This document shows, one piece after another, positions 31,857-32,000 of a stretch of DNA of 32,000 nucleotides. The DNA lies in the sequence record NC_004684.1; one strand, given 5' to 3'. This stretch comes from Mycobacterium phage Rosebush. The stretch's first letter is position 1. Every line of letters starts with the position of its first letter. The position numbers were made by a program, and so were the translations under genes. Below the pieces are notes generated by a model. The model saw only the letters and a program-made list of their open reading frames with translations, ran no database searches and was not told the DNA's origin.

Positions 31857-31873
31857 GGCGGGTCCGTCCCGCC
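31857..31873 (-). promoter_or_regulatory. Leader stem-loop copy 8
   Basis: GGCGGG-ACGGA-CCCGCC. Confidence 0.75.
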
Positions 31874-31884
31874 GTACAAAGACC

Positions 31885-31913
31885 ACATTACGTCGAAACG
31901 GCGGCATTGTCTC
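31885..31913 (-). promoter_or_regulatory. Promoter family copy P8: GAGACA-N17-TAATGT
   Basis: GGAGACAATGCCGCC...ACGTAATGT. Confidence 0.75.
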
Positions 31914-31921
31914 CTCGACAA

Positions 31922-31939
31922 ATAGGGCCTTCGCCCTAT
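31922..31939 (-). terminator. Short hairpin terminator upstream of P8
   Basis: Minus strand ATAGGGC-GAAG-GCCCTAT-TTG. Confidence 0.5.
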
Positions 31940-32000
31940 CCGGTTTTCGGGGACCCCTGGTACCGCCCCCGGTGTCCGGCTCCACGACGAAAATACCGCC

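Noticed and set aside
25983-31873. Recurring peptide YGGTDPP or GGSVPPY in many unrelated ORFs of the supplied track, suggesting a protein family
   Set aside because: These are translations of the non-coding leader stem-loop (GTACGGCGGGACGGACCCGCC) in different frames, not shared protein domains. True starts lie downstream of the hairpin.
5358-31873. The recurring GGCGGGtccgtCCCGCC palindromes as a CRISPR array or transposon ends
   Set aside because: Copies are kilobases apart, lie at fixed positions relative to promoters and starts, and have no spacers or transposase.
1-32000. tRNA genes, rRNA, integrase, attachment sites
   Set aside because: None recognised by eye; a tRNAscan-SE/ARAGORN run would be needed to be sure about tRNAs.

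Overview
High-GC window from what looks like a tailed (siphovirus-like) actinobacteriophage. I infer this from gene content; no database was searched. Layout: (1) + strand minor tail/tail genes, then a two-domain lysin (peptidase M15 + GH19) and a holin, 1-7479; (2) a strong bidirectional terminator at 7550-7583; (3) a - strand replication block: ssDNA-binding-like protein, Cas4/RecB-like exonuclease, helicase, prim-pol/RepA-like ATPase, family A DNA polymerase; (4) a divergent control region at about 19.01-19.35 kb; (5) a + strand block with an RHH-like protein and a small-terminase-like protein, ending at a terminator at 21925-21958 and followed by two more + genes; (6) a - strand accessory block of many small genes (HNH, HicA-like, zinc-ribbon, small membrane proteins, DUF932-like). 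The most interesting signal is not a protein. It is a dispersed set of near-identical promoter modules (GGAGACAATGCCGCC-N..-CGTAATGT; -35 GAGACA, 17/18 bp, -10 TAATGT/TATTGT). In seven copies the -10 is followed at a fixed 11 nt by a 5' leader stem-loop (GGCGGG-ACGGA-CCCGCC), and one copy shows a compensatory base-pair change. Other observations: + strand and - strand leaderless-start candidates, an apparent gene fusion that keeps an internal Shine-Dalgarno and start, a 200-nt overlap at the end of the terminase-like gene, and hairpins plus CA-rich leaders between - strand genes.
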